Below, in pieces: positions 1 through 14,281 of a stretch of 64,000 nt of DNA. The notes beneath the pieces were generated by a model. That model did no database searches and was not told the DNA's origin. It was given only the letters and a program-made list of their open reading frames with translations. The stretch lies in assembly GCA_943788815.1 (NCBI GenBank), contig CALSRS010000002.1, positions 573,766 through 637,765 on the forward strand. Reading direction: 5' to 3'. The translations under genes were made by a program, and so were the position numbers. Position 1 is the first letter of the stretch. Each line of letters starts with the position of its first letter. The DNA comes from an uncultured Gammaproteobacteria bacterium. Its GTDB lineage: Bacteria > Pseudomonadota > Gammaproteobacteria > Eutrophobiales > Eutrophobiaceae.

Positions 1-142
1 AAATGTTTCGAATCTTGGAAACTGGTATCAAACTTACGCCAAGTTACTTAAAATAACGCTATTTACTCCTTGAGAATTCTAGCTAAATAAGGACAATTGA
101 CAACCTCGAAAATATGTATCGTGGGTTCACCAGATTAAGAAT

Positions 143-3004
143 ATGCAAAAAAAATTATCTTCCTATTTATATAGCACAAATGCGGATTTTATAGAAAGTC
201 TGTATGAGTCTTATCTTACTAACTCAAATTCAGTACCAGCTGAGTGGCGAAAGCTATTTGAATCATTTAATGATAATGAATCAAATTCAACTAATGAAAG
301 AAGGCACTCAGAAGTTCGCCAGCATTTTCTAAAGAACGCAGGCAGCAGAACAAATCAAGGTGCTGTAATCAGCCATGAGACTTCTGATGATAATCAAAAA
401 CAGGTTTCTGTATTACAGCTGATTAATGCGCATCGGTTCCGAGGTCATCAACAGGCTAATCTAGACCCATTAAATCAATATGATCGCCCACCTGTTCCAG
501 AACTGGATCCTGCCTTTCATAACCTGAATGAAGCAGATTTTGATAAGACATTTAATACAGGTTCTCTTTTTGTAACTAATGAAATGCCACTTAAGGACAT
601 TTTAAGCATCATCCGTAAAACTTATTGCGGGAATATTGGTGCAGAATATATGCACATAAATGAAACTGAACAAAAACGCTGGATTCAGCAACGCCTTGAA
701 GAGGTTATGTCAACTCCAGATTTTTCCATCGAGAAACGTAAGCGTATCCTCAATAGAGTTATCGCTGCCAACGCCCTGGAAGAATACTTACATACTAAAT
801 ATGCCGGTCAAAAGCGTTTCTCACTGGAAGGTGGTGAAGGCTTGATACCTTTGCTGGATGAAATTGTACAAAATGGTTCACAGTCATCTGTTGAAGAAGT
901 AGTTATAGGAATGGCCCACCGGGGAAGGCTGAACGTATTGATTAATATCATTGGAAAAATGCCCGGTGAGTTGTTTGGAGAATTTGAAGGCAAAATTTCA
1001 GATGATATTAATATCGATGATGTTCAATCGGGTGATGTTAAATATCACCTTGGGTACTCATCAGACATAGAAACTCAAGGTGGACCAGTACACCTGACAC
1101 TGGCATTTAATCCTTCACACCTGGAAATTATTGATCCGGTAGTTGAAGGGTCGGTGAGAGCAAGACAGGACCGCCGAGATGATAAATCCCGTGACCAGGT
1201 GCTTCCTATATTAATCCATGGTGATGCGGCCTTTGCTGGACAAGGCGTGGTAATGGAAACATTCCAGCTCTCTCAGACACGAGGTTATTCGACCGGAGGA
1301 ACAGTCCATATTATTGTTAATAATCAGATTGGATTTACCACCAGTGATCCTCTTGATTCTCGCTCGACATTATATTGCACTGACGTTGCAAAACTGGTCC
1401 AGGCACCAATCTTTCACGTTAATGGAGATGATCCTGAAGCCGTAGTTTTCATTGCAAAACTCGCACTGGATTTTCGAATGGTGTTTAAGAAAGACGTCAT
1501 TATTGACATGGTATGTTATCGAAAGCATGGACATAGTGAAGCTGATGAACCTGCTGCAACACAACCGGTAATGTACAGAAAAATCAGAAGTCATCCGAAT
1601 CTCAAACAAATATATTCTAAAAAAATGATTGATGCAGGGATAGTATCTGAAAGCGATATCCAGGAAATCTCCAATCATTACATAAAATCACTGGATACAA
1701 ATGAGTCTGTTGCAGGTCCCAGAGCAACTAACATCAACATGACACATTTAATAAATTTTGCGCCTTATAAGGACACCACCTGGCGTGACGACTCTCCAAC
1801 GAGTCTTTCAGTTGAACAGGTAAAGAAATATGCAACCGCGATTACTGAGATACCCGATAATTTTAAGCTACATCCCACAGTTACAAAAATAATTGAAAAT
1901 AGAAAAAAAATGGGTACGGGAGAACTTCCCATGGACTGGGGATTTGCAGAAACAATGGCCTATGCCTCACTGGTAGATCATGGTCACCCAGTTAGACTCT
2001 CGGGTCAGGACAGCGGGCGTGGGACTTTTTTCCATCGTCATGCGGTAATTCATAATCAGGACGATGGTGATACTTATTTGCCCTTACAACACATAAGTGA
2101 TGACCAGGCTACATTTCTAGTAATCAATTCCATACTCTCTGAAGAAGCAGTATTGGCATTTGAGTACGGATATAGCAGTTCTGACCCTCATACTCTGGTG
2201 ATATGGGAAGCCCAGTTTGGTGATTTTGCTAATGGTGCACAGGTCGTATTTGACCAGTTTATTAGCTCCTGTGAGGCAAAATGGGGGCGATACTGCGGTG
2301 TGACAGTAATGCTACCCCATGGTTATGATGGTGCTGGTCCAGAGCACTCCTCTGCAAGACTGGAAAGATTTTTACAATTATGTGCACGAGAAAATTTACA
2401 GGTATGCGTACCTAGTACACCTGCCCAGATGTTTCATATGTTAAGAAGACAGGTCATAAGGCCATACCGTAAACCCTTGATCATTATGAGTCCAAAGAGT
2501 CTTTTACGTCACAAGTTATCTACCTCACATATTGATGAACTGGTAAACAGCGAATTTCAATTGGTAATCGATGAAATAGATCAAATAGACAAAAACAATG
2601 TTACCAGGCTGCTATTTTGTGCTGGCAAGGTATATTTCGATCTACTGGAAGAGCGACGGGCGAATAAAATTACTAATGTTGCAATTACAAGAATCGAACA
2701 GTTATTCCCATTTCCATCAGCCGAAGTGACCGCAATAATAAATAGTTATCCCAAGCTACAAGAAGTTGTTTGGGTTCAAGAAGAACCTAAAAACCAGGGG
2801 TCCTGGTATTACATGCAATCAAGGGGAACGATGATTGGATGCTTAAACGAAAACCTTACATTTGGATATGCGGGTAGATTTTATTCAGCATCACCCGCAA
2901 CTGGCTCAATGAAACTGCACATTGCCCAGCAAAAACAATTAGTAGAAGATGCGCTGCAGTTGGGTAAACTTGAAGTGACAACCCATAAAAGAGCGTTGAA
3001 TTAA
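143..3004 (+). CDS. sucA: 2-oxoglutarate dehydrogenase E1 component
   Basis: 953-aa ORF; N-terminus MQKKLSSYLYSTNADFIESLYESYL and overall length match SucA/OdhA; followed by E2 and E3 genes. Confidence 0.93.
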   Translation: MQKKLSSYLYSTNADFIESLYESYLTNSNSVPAEWRKLFESFNDNESNSTNERRHSEVRQHFLKNAGSRTNQGAVISHETSDDNQKQVSVLQLINAHRFRGHQQANLDPLNQYDRPPVPELDPAFHNLNEADFDKTFNTGSLFVTNEMPLKDILSIIRKTYCGNIGAEYMHINETEQKRWIQQRLEEVMSTPDFSIEKRKRILNRVIAANALEEYLHTKYAGQKRFSLEGGEGLIPLLDEIVQNGSQSSVEEVVIGMAHRGRLNVLINIIGKMPGELFGEFEGKISDDINIDDVQSGDVKYHLGYSSDIETQGGPVHLTLAFNPSHLEIIDPVVEGSVRARQDRRDDKSRDQVLPILIHGDAAFAGQGVVMETFQLSQTRGYSTGGTVHIIVNNQIGFTTSDPLDSRSTLYCTDVAKLVQAPIFHVNGDDPEAVVFIAKLALDFRMVFKKDVIIDMVCYRKHGHSEADEPAATQPVMYRKIRSHPNLKQIYSKKMIDAGIVSESDIQEISNHYIKSLDTNESVAGPRATNINMTHLINFAPYKDTTWRDDSPTSLSVEQVKKYATAITEIPDNFKLHPTVTKIIENRKKMGTGELPMDWGFAETMAYASLVDHGHPVRLSGQDSGRGTFFHRHAVIHNQDDGDTYLPLQHISDDQATFLVINSILSEEAVLAFEYGYSSSDPHTLVIWEAQFGDFANGAQVVFDQFISSCEAKWGRYCGVTVMLPHGYDGAGPEHSSARLERFLQLCARENLQVCVPSTPAQMFHMLRRQVIRPYRKPLIIMSPKSLLRHKLSTSHIDELVNSEFQLVIDEIDQIDKNNVTRLLFCAGKVYFDLLEERRANKITNVAITRIEQLFPFPSAEVTAIINSYPKLQEVVWVQEEPKNQGSWYYMQSRGTMIGCLNENLTFGYAGRFYSASPATGSMKLHIAQQKQLVEDALQLGKLEVTTHKRALN

Positions 3005-3032
3005 TTTCAATATTCCCTGAGGAGATAGTTAC

Positions 3033-5764
<2,732 letters not shown>

Positions 5765-5948
5765 CTCCCCTACCATAATAATTCTTTATATTTCAATAAG
5801 TTAATTTTTTTCCTCCTGCATTTTGCCAGGATTATGAATTGCTTTTCACAGCTATCGCTTTTTGCTACTATGCAACATAATTTGTGCAGTGCAGCGAGAA
5901 TATCATCTCTCTGATAATTCTAAATTTTGACTTAAGCGAGGAATAAAT

Positions 5949-7130
5949 ATGACAGACAACGTGGTTATCGTTGACGCTGCAAGAACCCCTATCGGGACAT
6001 TCAGTGGCACATTATCATCCGTACTGGCATCAGATCTTGGTGCGGCAGTGATAAAAGGCCTACTGGATCGCACAGGTATTGATTCAGAAAAAATTGATGA
6101 AATTATCATGGGACAGGTATTAACCGGGGGCTGTGGTCAAAATCCAGCACGTCAGGCTTCAATTAAAGCCGGATTACCTGATTCAGTGTCTAGTATGACT
6201 ATCAATAAAGTATGTGGCAGCGGCTTAAAAGCCACACACCTTGCTGCACAAGCAATCAAATGTGGCGATGCTAAAATTATCATCGCAGGTGGACAGGAAA
6301 ATATGAACCTCGCGCCACATGTTTTACCGAATTCGCGTACCGGAAATAGAATGGGTGACTGGAAATTACTCGACTCCATGATTGTCGATGGGCTTTGGGA
6401 TGCGTTCAATAATTATCACATGGGTGTCACTGCAGAAAATATTGCTAAAAAGTTTAAAATTAGCAGGGAAGAACAGGATGAATTCTCAGCTAGCTCACAA
6501 CAGAAAACTGAAGCTGCTCAATCGAAAGATATTTTCAATGATGAAATAATTCCAATTAGTATTCCTCAGCGAAAAGGTGAGCCGATAATATTTGATCGGG
6601 ATGAATTTCCCAGAGCTGGCGTTACAGCTGAAAGTCTCGGCAAACTCCGACCAGCATTTGATAAAGAAGGATCTGTTACAGCCGGTAATGCATCGGGAAT
6701 TAATGACGGCGCAGCTGCTGTGATTATCATGTCTGAAAGTACTGCAAATGAATTGGGGCTTGAACCACTTGCCATGATTAAGGCTTATTCAAGTGCAGGA
6801 GTATCACCAGAAATAATGGGTACAGGACCTATACCAGCAACTAGACTTTGCCTGGAAAAAGCTGGATGGACTGTGGATGATCTGGACCTGATTGAAGCCA
6901 ATGAAGCGTTTGCAGCTCAGGCCATTGCCGTTAACAGAGAGTTAGGATGGGACCTTAGTAAAGTAAATGTCAACGGCGGCGCAATTTCACTTGGCCACCC
7001 AATTGGTGCATCAGGATGTCGAATTCTCGTAACTCTATTACACGAGATGAAACGGAGAGATGCCCATAAAGGTCTCGCGACTTTATGCATAGGTGGCGGA
7101 CAAGGTGTTGCTTTGGCGATTGAGCGATAA
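5949..7130 (+). CDS. phaA: acetyl-CoA C-acetyltransferase (beta-ketothiolase)
   Basis: thiolase signatures [10 protein letters not shown] (active Cys), [24 protein letters not shown]; next to phaR and phaB. Confidence 0.9.
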   Translation: MTDNVVIVDAARTPIGTFSGTLSSVLASDLGAAVIKGLLDRTGIDSEKIDEIIMGQVLTGGCGQNPARQASIKAGLPDSVSSMTINKVCGSGLKATHLAAQAIKCGDAKIIIAGGQENMNLAPHVLPNSRTGNRMGDWKLLDSMIVDGLWDAFNNYHMGVTAENIAKKFKISREEQDEFSASSQQKTEAAQSKDIFNDEIIPISIPQRKGEPIIFDRDEFPRAGVTAESLGKLRPAFDKEGSVTAGNASGINDGAAAVIIMSESTANELGLEPLAMIKAYSSAGVSPEIMGTGPIPATRLCLEKAGWTVDDLDLIEANEAFAAQAIAVNRELGWDLSKVNVNGGAISLGHPIGASGCRILVTLLHEMKRRDAHKGLATLCIGGGQGVALAIER

Positions 7131-7131
7131 T

Positions 7132-7851
7132 ATGAAAATAGATTTAAATAATAGAATCGCCCTGGTAATTAGTGGAACTAGTAAACTAGGAACGGCAATT
7201 TGCAAACAACTTTCTGAATCAGGCGCCCAAGTAATTACTAATTATCAGTCAGAGGACATCCATGAATGGCAAAATATACTCTCCAAATCTGATTTAAATA
7301 TTACAGCAATAAAATCAGACATAACTGACTTTGATGAATGTGTAAAACTAGTTGATAAAATAGAAAAAGATTTTGGTCCTATTGATATCATCGTTAACAG
7401 CAATGAACTGAACAATTCACTAGTTCCATTCAATGAGATGGACATAGAACAGTGGAATGATGCGATTACCGGAAATATTGATATATTGTTTAACGTCTGC
7501 AGGAATGTTGCTGAACGGATGTGTAATAGAGGCTTTGGCAGAATTATTAATATTTCATCTATCATAAGTAGAATGGGGGCGCCTGAAAGGTCACATGTGG
7601 CAGCAGCAAATTCTGGTATTCACGGTTTTTCCATGGCTCTGTCACAGGAAGTTGGGAAAAAGGGAGTCACGGTAAATACAGTTTCACCAGGATTGTTGAA
7701 TCAAAGTATTAATACACCTACTAAAGCTATTCCAGACAATCAAAATAAAGAAAATGAAGTTGCCTATCTAGTAGATTTTCTTTGCTCCGATCTGGCTGGG
7801 CACATTAATGGTGCAGATATTTCTATTAATGGTGGGGAATACTTACATTAA
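7132..7851 (+). CDS. SDR-family paralog of acetoacetyl-CoA reductase with degraded NADPH-binding and catalytic motifs (probable pseudo-enzyme)
   Basis: clear paralogy to downstream PhaB (IALVISGTSKLGTAICKQL vs TAIITGGIGGIGTAICKRL) but Gly-rich motif is SGTSKLGT and catalytic YxxxK is replaced by H-V-A-A-N; ATG at 7132 is 1 nt after phaA stop. Confidence 0.6.
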   Translation: MKIDLNNRIALVISGTSKLGTAICKQLSESGAQVITNYQSEDIHEWQNILSKSDLNITAIKSDITDFDECVKLVDKIEKDFGPIDIIVNSNELNNSLVPFNEMDIEQWNDAITGNIDILFNVCRNVAERMCNRGFGRIINISSIISRMGAPERSHVAAANSGIHGFSMALSQEVGKKGVTVNTVSPGLLNQSINTPTKAIPDNQNKENEVAYLVDFLCSDLAGHINGADISINGGEYLH

Positions 7852-7869
7852 CGAATTCAGGTAATTACT

Positions 7870-8328
7870 ATGAGAATTATAAAAAAATATCCTAACAGGC
7901 GATTGTATGATACTGAGGTTAGCAAATACATAACGCTGGAAGATGTTAAAAATCTTGTCCTTGATGGAACATCCTTCATTGTAAAAGACGTTAAATCCGA
8001 AGAAGATCTAACTCGAAGTATATTATTACAAATTATTTCTGAGCAGGAACACAATGGGGAGCCCCTGCTATGTACAGAATCATTGACACAATTAATTCGA
8101 TTTTATGGAAATGCATACCAATCTGTTTTTTCAGACTACCTTGAACAATCTCTCAATATATTTACCACTCAACATAAAGACTTTCAAGACCGAATAAATG
8201 ATGCTGTATCAACAACACCTCTGGATACGATGCAAAAGATGACTGATAAAAATCTTGAAATGTGGCAGCAAATACAAAAAGATTTTTTTAAAGCAGCAGG
8301 ATTTAATGCTAAGAAGGGTGATGAGTAA
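7870..8328 (+). CDS. phaR: polyhydroxyalkanoate synthesis repressor PhaR
   Basis: N-terminus MRIIKKYPNRRLYDTEVSKYITLEDV is the conserved PHB/PHA accumulation regulator DNA-binding domain. Confidence 0.88.
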   Translation: MRIIKKYPNRRLYDTEVSKYITLEDVKNLVLDGTSFIVKDVKSEEDLTRSILLQIISEQEHNGEPLLCTESLTQLIRFYGNAYQSVFSDYLEQSLNIFTTQHKDFQDRINDAVSTTPLDTMQKMTDKNLEMWQQIQKDFFKAAGFNAKKGDE

Positions 8329-8383
8329 CGTCCTTATAACAATTTCTTAAAAATACTAATATTAATTCAGGTATATCCCACAA

Positions 8384-9325
8384 ATGATCATAGATAAAAT
8401 AATAGATAATCAGGTTACAGCAGTTAAACATTGGCAAGATACCTGTGATAATTTTATACATTCGTTTAATACCTTTTTTGACTCATCAAGTGCAATATTT
8501 AACAATTATTACAAGCTTGATCCGGTAATATCTGGTACTGCCAAAAGTAGTACATCACAGTCCTCAAGACACCATAAACAAATAAAATTAAAGACCGCCA
8601 TTATTACAGGGGGAATTGGAGGAATTGGTACAGCAATATGTAAACGACTGTCATCTGATGGAAACCGGGTTATCTCTACATATATATCTAGCGAAAAAAC
8701 TAAGGCAATGGCGTGGAAAAAGGAACTTGAACAAGATGGTTACGATGTGGAAGTTTACGAATGTGACGTATCAGACTATCAATCATGTCAAAAATTTGCA
8801 GCTCTAATCGAAGATAAATATGATCATATTGACGTTCTGGTCAATGCAGCAGGTATTACAAGAGATTCGCAATTAAAAAAAATGGATAAGGAAAACTGGG
8901 ATGCTGTGTTAGACACAAATCTAGACAGTGTCTTTAACATTACACGGTCTTTTATTAATGGAATGCTTAAAAATGGCTATGGTCGAATAATTAATATTTC
9001 ATCTGTCAATGGACAAAAAGGCCAGTTTGGACAAACTAATTATTCCACAGCAAAAGCAGGAATGATTGGATTTACAAGATCATTGGCCCTTGAAATGGCT
9101 GAAAAGGGAATAACAGTTAATTGCGTATGTCCGGGATATGTGGGAACGCCCATGGTGGAGGCTATCCGCGAAGATATACTTGATGGAATTGTCCAGCAAA
9201 TCCCAATGAAAAGATTAGCCAAGGTAGAAGAAATTGCGGATGCTGTTGCCTTTCTTGCAGATAGCAATAGTGCGTATATTACAGGCACGGAAATCGCGGT
9301 AAATGGCGGCTTATGGATGGGATAG
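8384..9325 (+). CDS. phaB: acetoacetyl-CoA reductase (SDR) with a ~70-aa N-terminal extension
   Basis: TGGIGGIG NADPH motif, NISSVNGQKGQFGQTNYSTAKAG catalytic region typical of PhaB/FabG; no in-frame alternative start closer to the SDR core. Confidence 0.85.
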   Translation: MIIDKIIDNQVTAVKHWQDTCDNFIHSFNTFFDSSSAIFNNYYKLDPVISGTAKSSTSQSSRHHKQIKLKTAIITGGIGGIGTAICKRLSSDGNRVISTYISSEKTKAMAWKKELEQDGYDVEVYECDVSDYQSCQKFAALIEDKYDHIDVLVNAAGITRDSQLKKMDKENWDAVLDTNLDSVFNITRSFINGMLKNGYGRIINISSVNGQKGQFGQTNYSTAKAGMIGFTRSLALEMAEKGITVNCVCPGYVGTPMVEAIREDILDGIVQQIPMKRLAKVEEIADAVAFLADSNSAYITGTEIAVNGGLWMG

Positions 9326-9350
9326 TAGAATAGTTATTAGTTTGACCTAC

Positions 9351-10868
9351 TTATACGCCATTGGACAAATCCAGAATCATCTCATCATTCATTTCACGAT
9401 TAGATTTTGCTTCATCATTTCTTAAAATTGATATTTGTGTTAAATAATCATCACTAATATCACCTGTTACGTATTTTCCGGTAAAACATGAAGCGTCGAA
9501 TTCTTTTATTTCTGGATTTCCTGCCCTGCACGCATCTATTAAGTCATCGATATCCTGGTAAATTAGCCAGTCTGCACCAATAAGATCACATATCTCCTGT
9601 TCAGAGCGATTATATGCAACCAGCTCCTCAGAGGTAGGTATATCTATTCCATAAACATTTGGAAACCGCACTGGTGGAGCCGCTGAAGCAAAATAAACTT
9701 TCTTTGCCCCCGCTTCTCTTGCCATTTGAATTATCTCTCCTGACGTGGTTCCACGCACTATGGAATCATCAACAAGCAAAACAACCTTATCTTTAAACTC
9801 AAGGTCTATGGCATTCAATTTCTGGCGCACAGATTTTTTTCGAATACTTTGGCCAGGCATTATAAAAGTCCTGGGGATATATCGGTTTTTAATAAACCCT
9901 TCACGGTACTTTACGCCAAGTTCATGGGCGATAGAAAGAGATGCTGTCCTACCAGTATCTGGAATGGGTATGACTACATCTATATCATGATCTGGTCTAG
10001 TCCTGAGTATTTTTTGTGCTAATGATTCACCCATCCTCAATCTTGCCTTGTAGACTGATATTTTATCCATGATGGAATCCGGACGTGCAAAATATACATA
10101 CTCAAAGATACACGGCGATAATTTAATATCTTGCGCACATTGTTTTGCAACGAAATCACCATTTGAACTAATGAAGACAGCCTCACCAGGGTCGATATCC
10201 CTGACCAAGGTGTAATCCAAGGCTTCGATTGCTACCCCTTCTGATGAAATAATATATTCTGTACCCTTATCAGTCATTTTTTCGCCAAATGCTATGGGTC
10301 TAATCCCATAAGGGTCCCTGAAACCAACGATACCTACCCCAATTATCATAACAACTGCGGCATAACCACCTTTACATCGTTGATGCACCTTACTTATCGC
10401 TGCGAAAATATCTTCCGCCGTTAACTCACTTCGTTTTTTTCCAAACTTCTGTAATTCAAAGGCAAATATATTTAATAATACTTCTGAATCTGAACCCGTA
10501 TTTAAATGTCTACGGTCAAGATTCATGAGATCTCTTTTCAACTGGTCACTGTTTGTTAAATTTCCATTATGAGCAAGCGTAATTCCATAAGGAGAATTAA
10601 CGTAAAACGGTTGTGCTTCTGCGGAGGACGAACAGCCCGCTGTGGGATATCTTACGTGACCAATACCCATATTACCTTTCAGGTTAAGCATGTGCCGGGT
10701 TTGAAACACATCTCTGACTAGCCCATTATTTTTTCGAAGATAAAGGCGTTCATTATCACAGGTTACTATTCCTGCAGCGTCCTGCCCTCGATGCTGGATA
10801 ATAGTTAACCCATCATACAATGTCTGATTAACAACACTTTTACTTACGACACCAATTATTCCGCACAT
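9351..10868 (-). CDS. purF: amidophosphoribosyltransferase
   Basis: MCGIIGVV N-terminal nucleophile Cys, PRTase motif [15 protein letters not shown]. Confidence 0.93.
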   Translation of the reverse strand: MCGIIGVVSKSVVNQTLYDGLTIIQHRGQDAAGIVTCDNERLYLRKNNGLVRDVFQTRHMLNLKGNMGIGHVRYPTAGCSSSAEAQPFYVNSPYGITLAHNGNLTNSDQLKRDLMNLDRRHLNTGSDSEVLLNIFAFELQKFGKKRSELTAEDIFAAISKVHQRCKGGYAAVVMIIGVGIVGFRDPYGIRPIAFGEKMTDKGTEYIISSEGVAIEALDYTLVRDIDPGEAVFISSNGDFVAKQCAQDIKLSPCIFEYVYFARPDSIMDKISVYKARLRMGESLAQKILRTRPDHDIDVVIPIPDTGRTASLSIAHELGVKYREGFIKNRYIPRTFIMPGQSIRKKSVRQKLNAIDLEFKDKVVLLVDDSIVRGTTSGEIIQMAREAGAKKVYFASAAPPVRFPNVYGIDIPTSEELVAYNRSEQEICDLIGADWLIYQDIDDLIDACRAGNPEIKEFDASCFTGKYVTGDISDDYLTQISILRNDEAKSNREMNDEMILDLSNGV

Positions 10869-11381
10869 TTAATTTCCTGTTTCATTTTCGGTTCCATAAT
10901 GATGATAACTTGCCATTGTTTCTGGAATATATTGCCTGCTCCACTCCCCTATACGCTCAAACGGTGCTACGACAAGTGACGACTTCCACCAATCTGTTCG
11001 GGTAAGTTCGGTAAATCCAGCCAGGAATATCAACACGGATACTATCGCTCCTCCCAGTCCTAGCCCAAATATTGAACCTAAAATACGGTCAGCTGCGGTC
11101 AATCCGGATCTACCCAGTAATTTAACCACAAAATAACCCAGAGCGGAAAAAATAATCTGACAAATGAAAAAAATACCGAAAAAAGCGATAGCCTGTCTAA
11201 AAACCTCAGTATCAATATAAGTAGCGAGCATCGGTGCTAGTGCCCCACTAAATTTAACCGCCAGTCCAAATGCGATTCCCCAGGCAACAAGAGAAAGAAC
11301 AATGTTTAAAAACCCGTAAATTACGCCCACCAGAGCCGGAATTAGCAAGGATAACAAGATTCCTATATCAAATATTCCCAA
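10869..11381 (-). CDS. cvpA: colicin V production protein CvpA (membrane)
   Basis: 170-aa multi-TM protein directly upstream of purF and abutting it, conserved purF-cvpA pairing. Confidence 0.8.
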   Translation of the reverse strand: MGIFDIGILLSLLIPALVGVIYGFLNIVLSLVAWGIAFGLAVKFSGALAPMLATYIDTEVFRQAIAFFGIFFICQIIFSALGYFVVKLLGRSGLTAADRILGSIFGLGLGGAIVSVLIFLAGFTELTRTDWWKSSLVVAPFERIGEWSRQYIPETMASYHHYGTENETGN

Positions 11382-11444
11382 TATTTTTCCCTATGAACTA
11401 GCGTTGAAATTATTTCTTAAAAATATATCAAAAAGATGACCCAA

Positions 11445-12065
11445 TTAAGGATAAGACAGAATTATACCTTCAATTCCAGTTTGACTAACAAGGGTCTGCT
11501 GAAGCTTTTCTGCATCCTCCCTGTTTAATTCTGGACCTACTCGTACTCGGAAAACTGACTCCGAATTATCTGTTATTTCATCTATGTATGCCGGATATTT
11601 TTTGACCAATAATTTACTTACAAGACTTTCTGCATTACTCTGCTCAGAGAAACTGCCCAATTGAACAATCCAGGCTGACAATCCCTCAACACTTTTCTGA
11701 ATTATCTTTGTTTCTGTTAGTTCATTAATATCAATGTTGTTCCTTAGATTAGAAGATATTATTACATTTGACTCAGCGGGTGCATTGTCGCTTTCAGGTT
11801 CTTCTGTTGCAGAAATTACTGGCTTAGGCCGCTCTATAAAATTACCTGAATCAACTTGAATAGACGGAAGTTTGTATTCAAGTACGCTTTCCCTTTCTAC
11901 AGGTATTATTCGTGATTGGTATTCTGTATTTTGTTTTGGTGACAATACCGTTCGCACCGTATCTTGGGTTTCAGTGGGGTTATTCAGAACCATAGGTATA
12001 AAGATTACGCCAAATATGACCAGTACCGTTGCGCCTGTTAATCTTTCTTTAAGGTGTCTTTCCAA
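11445..12065 (-). CDS. dedD: SPOR-domain cell division protein DedD
   Basis: N-terminal TM segment, Pro/Glu-rich linker, C-terminal SPOR domain; position between folC and cvpA as in E. coli/Pseudomonas. Confidence 0.75.
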   Translation of the reverse strand: MERHLKERLTGATVLVIFGVIFIPMVLNNPTETQDTVRTVLSPKQNTEYQSRIIPVERESVLEYKLPSIQVDSGNFIERPKPVISATEEPESDNAPAESNVIISSNLRNNIDINELTETKIIQKSVEGLSAWIVQLGSFSEQSNAESLVSKLLVKKYPAYIDEITDNSESVFRVRVGPELNREDAEKLQQTLVSQTGIEGIILSYP

Positions 12066-12068
12066 TGC

Positions 12069-13376
12069 TTAATACTCAATATTAAAGTACTTCATAGCCA
12101 TTCCGACGGTAATGAATGACCCTGTAATTGATATGATATCTTTCGATGTCGCCACACTATTCGCCCAGGCAAATGCGTCATTTAGTTTATCAAAAACCAT
12201 TACCTGTGTATCTATATCATGAGGATGAATCGCAGATTCTAGCGCTTTTGCGCTAGCACCTCGCTCACCACCCAAGCCTGAAATACACAATATATTTGCG
12301 CATGGAAGTAATTCTGAAATAAAATCTTCGTGACATTTGTCATTTAACATAGCTATTATTAGCAATACTCGCCGATTATGACTCATTTTCATCAGATTAT
12401 TTTTCAGAACCCTGGCTGATTGGCTGTTATGTGCGACATCTAATACCAGAGTAAATTCACCATCAATAAGATGAAACCTACCGGGCATCCTAAAATTTTC
12501 TAATCCATTTACTATAGCCTCTGAGCTAACAGGGAATTTTTCCTGCATCGTTGTTAATGCCATTAAGACTGTTGCCGCATTCTGAATTTGAAAATCCCCA
12601 TTTCCGGGGATGGGAAGCTCCTGATACTGGGTAATACCAGAACACCATGACCAAAACTTATCAGAAACCTCATAATGAAAATCTTTTCCCAACTGTAATA
12701 AGTTAGTTCCAAGAAGTTCCGCCACATTTATGATGGTCGCTGGTGTATTTAGGTCTCCGCATATCGCCGATTGCATAGGACGAAATATTCCAGCCTTTTC
12801 TTTGGCTATTTCTCCTCGGGTCTCTCCTAGCCACTGCTGGTGGTCAATATCAATTGTACTGATAATAGCAATATTCGCGTCCAACATATTAACTGCATCC
12901 AGCCTCCCCCCCATTCCCACTTCCATGATTGCAATATCAATATTATTTTCAGCAAAAATATCCATTGCGGCAAGAGTGCTAAATTCGAAATAGGTTAATG
13001 AAATATCATCACGCGCACGATTGATTTTTGAAAATGCATTACACAGCATTTCATCAGGCAATACCTGGCCGTTGATTTTAATTCTTTCGTTGTAGCTTAA
13101 TAGGTGCGGTGAACTATATAGACCAGTTTTATATCCAGCTTCTCTAAGTATGGTATCTAGAAGAACAGCACATGAACCTTTACCATTTGTGCCTGCAATA
13201 GATATTACAAAATAGCTGGGTGGCAATAACTGCATTTTTTCTGCCACGCGACTGCATCTGTCCAAACCTAGCTCTATGGCTGTGAAATGTAACTTTTCCT
13301 GCCAATTCAGCCATTCTTCGAGAGTTCTCTCATTATGATTCTGGGTATTATTATCGCCCAGATTTGAAATACTCAT
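12069..13376 (-). CDS. folC: bifunctional folylpolyglutamate synthase / dihydrofolate synthase
   Basis: Mur-ligase-type P-loop ISIAGTNGKGS, length and synteny (accD-folC). Confidence 0.9.
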   Translation of the reverse strand: MSISNLGDNNTQNHNERTLEEWLNWQEKLHFTAIELGLDRCSRVAEKMQLLPPSYFVISIAGTNGKGSCAVLLDTILREAGYKTGLYSSPHLLSYNERIKINGQVLPDEMLCNAFSKINRARDDISLTYFEFSTLAAMDIFAENNIDIAIMEVGMGGRLDAVNMLDANIAIISTIDIDHQQWLGETRGEIAKEKAGIFRPMQSAICGDLNTPATIINVAELLGTNLLQLGKDFHYEVSDKFWSWCSGITQYQELPIPGNGDFQIQNAATVLMALTTMQEKFPVSSEAIVNGLENFRMPGRFHLIDGEFTLVLDVAHNSQSARVLKNNLMKMSHNRRVLLIIAMLNDKCHEDFISELLPCANILCISGLGGERGASAKALESAIHPHDIDTQVMVFDKLNDAFAWANSVATSKDIISITGSFITVGMAMKYFNIEY

Positions 13377-13408
13377 TTATAAACAAAATAATAGTTTTGA
13401 AAGTGTCA

Positions 13409-14275
13409 TTATTCCTGTGGATTATTTTTGCGCATGAGCAGAGCAAGTAAAGATGCTATTTTATCTCTAAGATGATTACGATCGATAATCATATCTATGA
13501 TCCCATGGTCCAGTAAAAATTCACTTCGTTGGAATCCTTCTGGGAGGGTTTCGCGTACTGTTTGTTCAATAACTCTGGGACCAGCAAAACCAATTAGCGC
13601 ATTAGGCTCTGCAATATTAATATCACCAAGTGTAGACAAACTGGCAGATACACCCCCTGTTGTAGGGTTAGTTAAAACAGAAATATATGGCAGTCTTCTT
13701 TTTCGCAATTGTGCAAGAGCGGCGCTGGTTTTGGCCATTTGCATTAGTGAAAATAATCCTTCCTGCATTCTAGCTCCACCACTTGCAGCAAAGCAGACTA
13801 AAGGCAAATCGTCTCGTAGACATGTCTCTGCAGCTAATACAAACCGCTCGCCGACAACCGAACCCATTGATCCTCCCATAAATCCAAATTCAAATGCACA
13901 AGTAACAACTGGTACCGTTTTAACCTCTCCTTTCATTACGACTAATGCATCATCCTCACCCGTAGCTTTTTGTGCTTGGCTCAGTCTATCTTTATATTTC
14001 TTGCTGTCCTTGAATTTATATTTATCAACTGGTTTTATTTCCGTCCCTATTTCAATTGCTGAACCCGCATCCAGGAATTTTTCCAAACGTGCCCGAGCAT
14101 GAATTAACATGTGATTTCCACATTTCGGGCAAACCTCAAGATTCCTGATTAACTCTGCCCTGTAAAGAACAGAATTACATGATGAACATTTAGTCCATAC
14201 ACCTTCAGGCACTGTCCTACGATTACTTGGATTCGTATTAATTCTTGATGGTAATAATTTATTCAACCAGCTCAT
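13409..14275 (-). CDS. accD: acetyl-CoA carboxylase carboxyltransferase subunit beta
   Basis: N-terminal Cys4 zinc ribbon CSSCNSVLY...CPKCGNH, carboxyltransferase domain. Confidence 0.93.
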   Translation of the reverse strand: MSWLNKLLPSRINTNPSNRRTVPEGVWTKCSSCNSVLYRAELIRNLEVCPKCGNHMLIHARARLEKFLDAGSAIEIGTEIKPVDKYKFKDSKKYKDRLSQAQKATGEDDALVVMKGEVKTVPVVTCAFEFGFMGGSMGSVVGERFVLAAETCLRDDLPLVCFAASGGARMQEGLFSLMQMAKTSAALAQLRKRRLPYISVLTNPTTGGVSASLSTLGDINIAEPNALIGFAGPRVIEQTVRETLPEGFQRSEFLLDHGIIDMIIDRNHLRDKIASLLALLMRKNNPQE

Positions 14276-14281
14276 ATAAAT

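Noticed and set aside
13497-14102. 201-aa plus-strand ORF
   Set aside because: Antisense shadow ORF within accD
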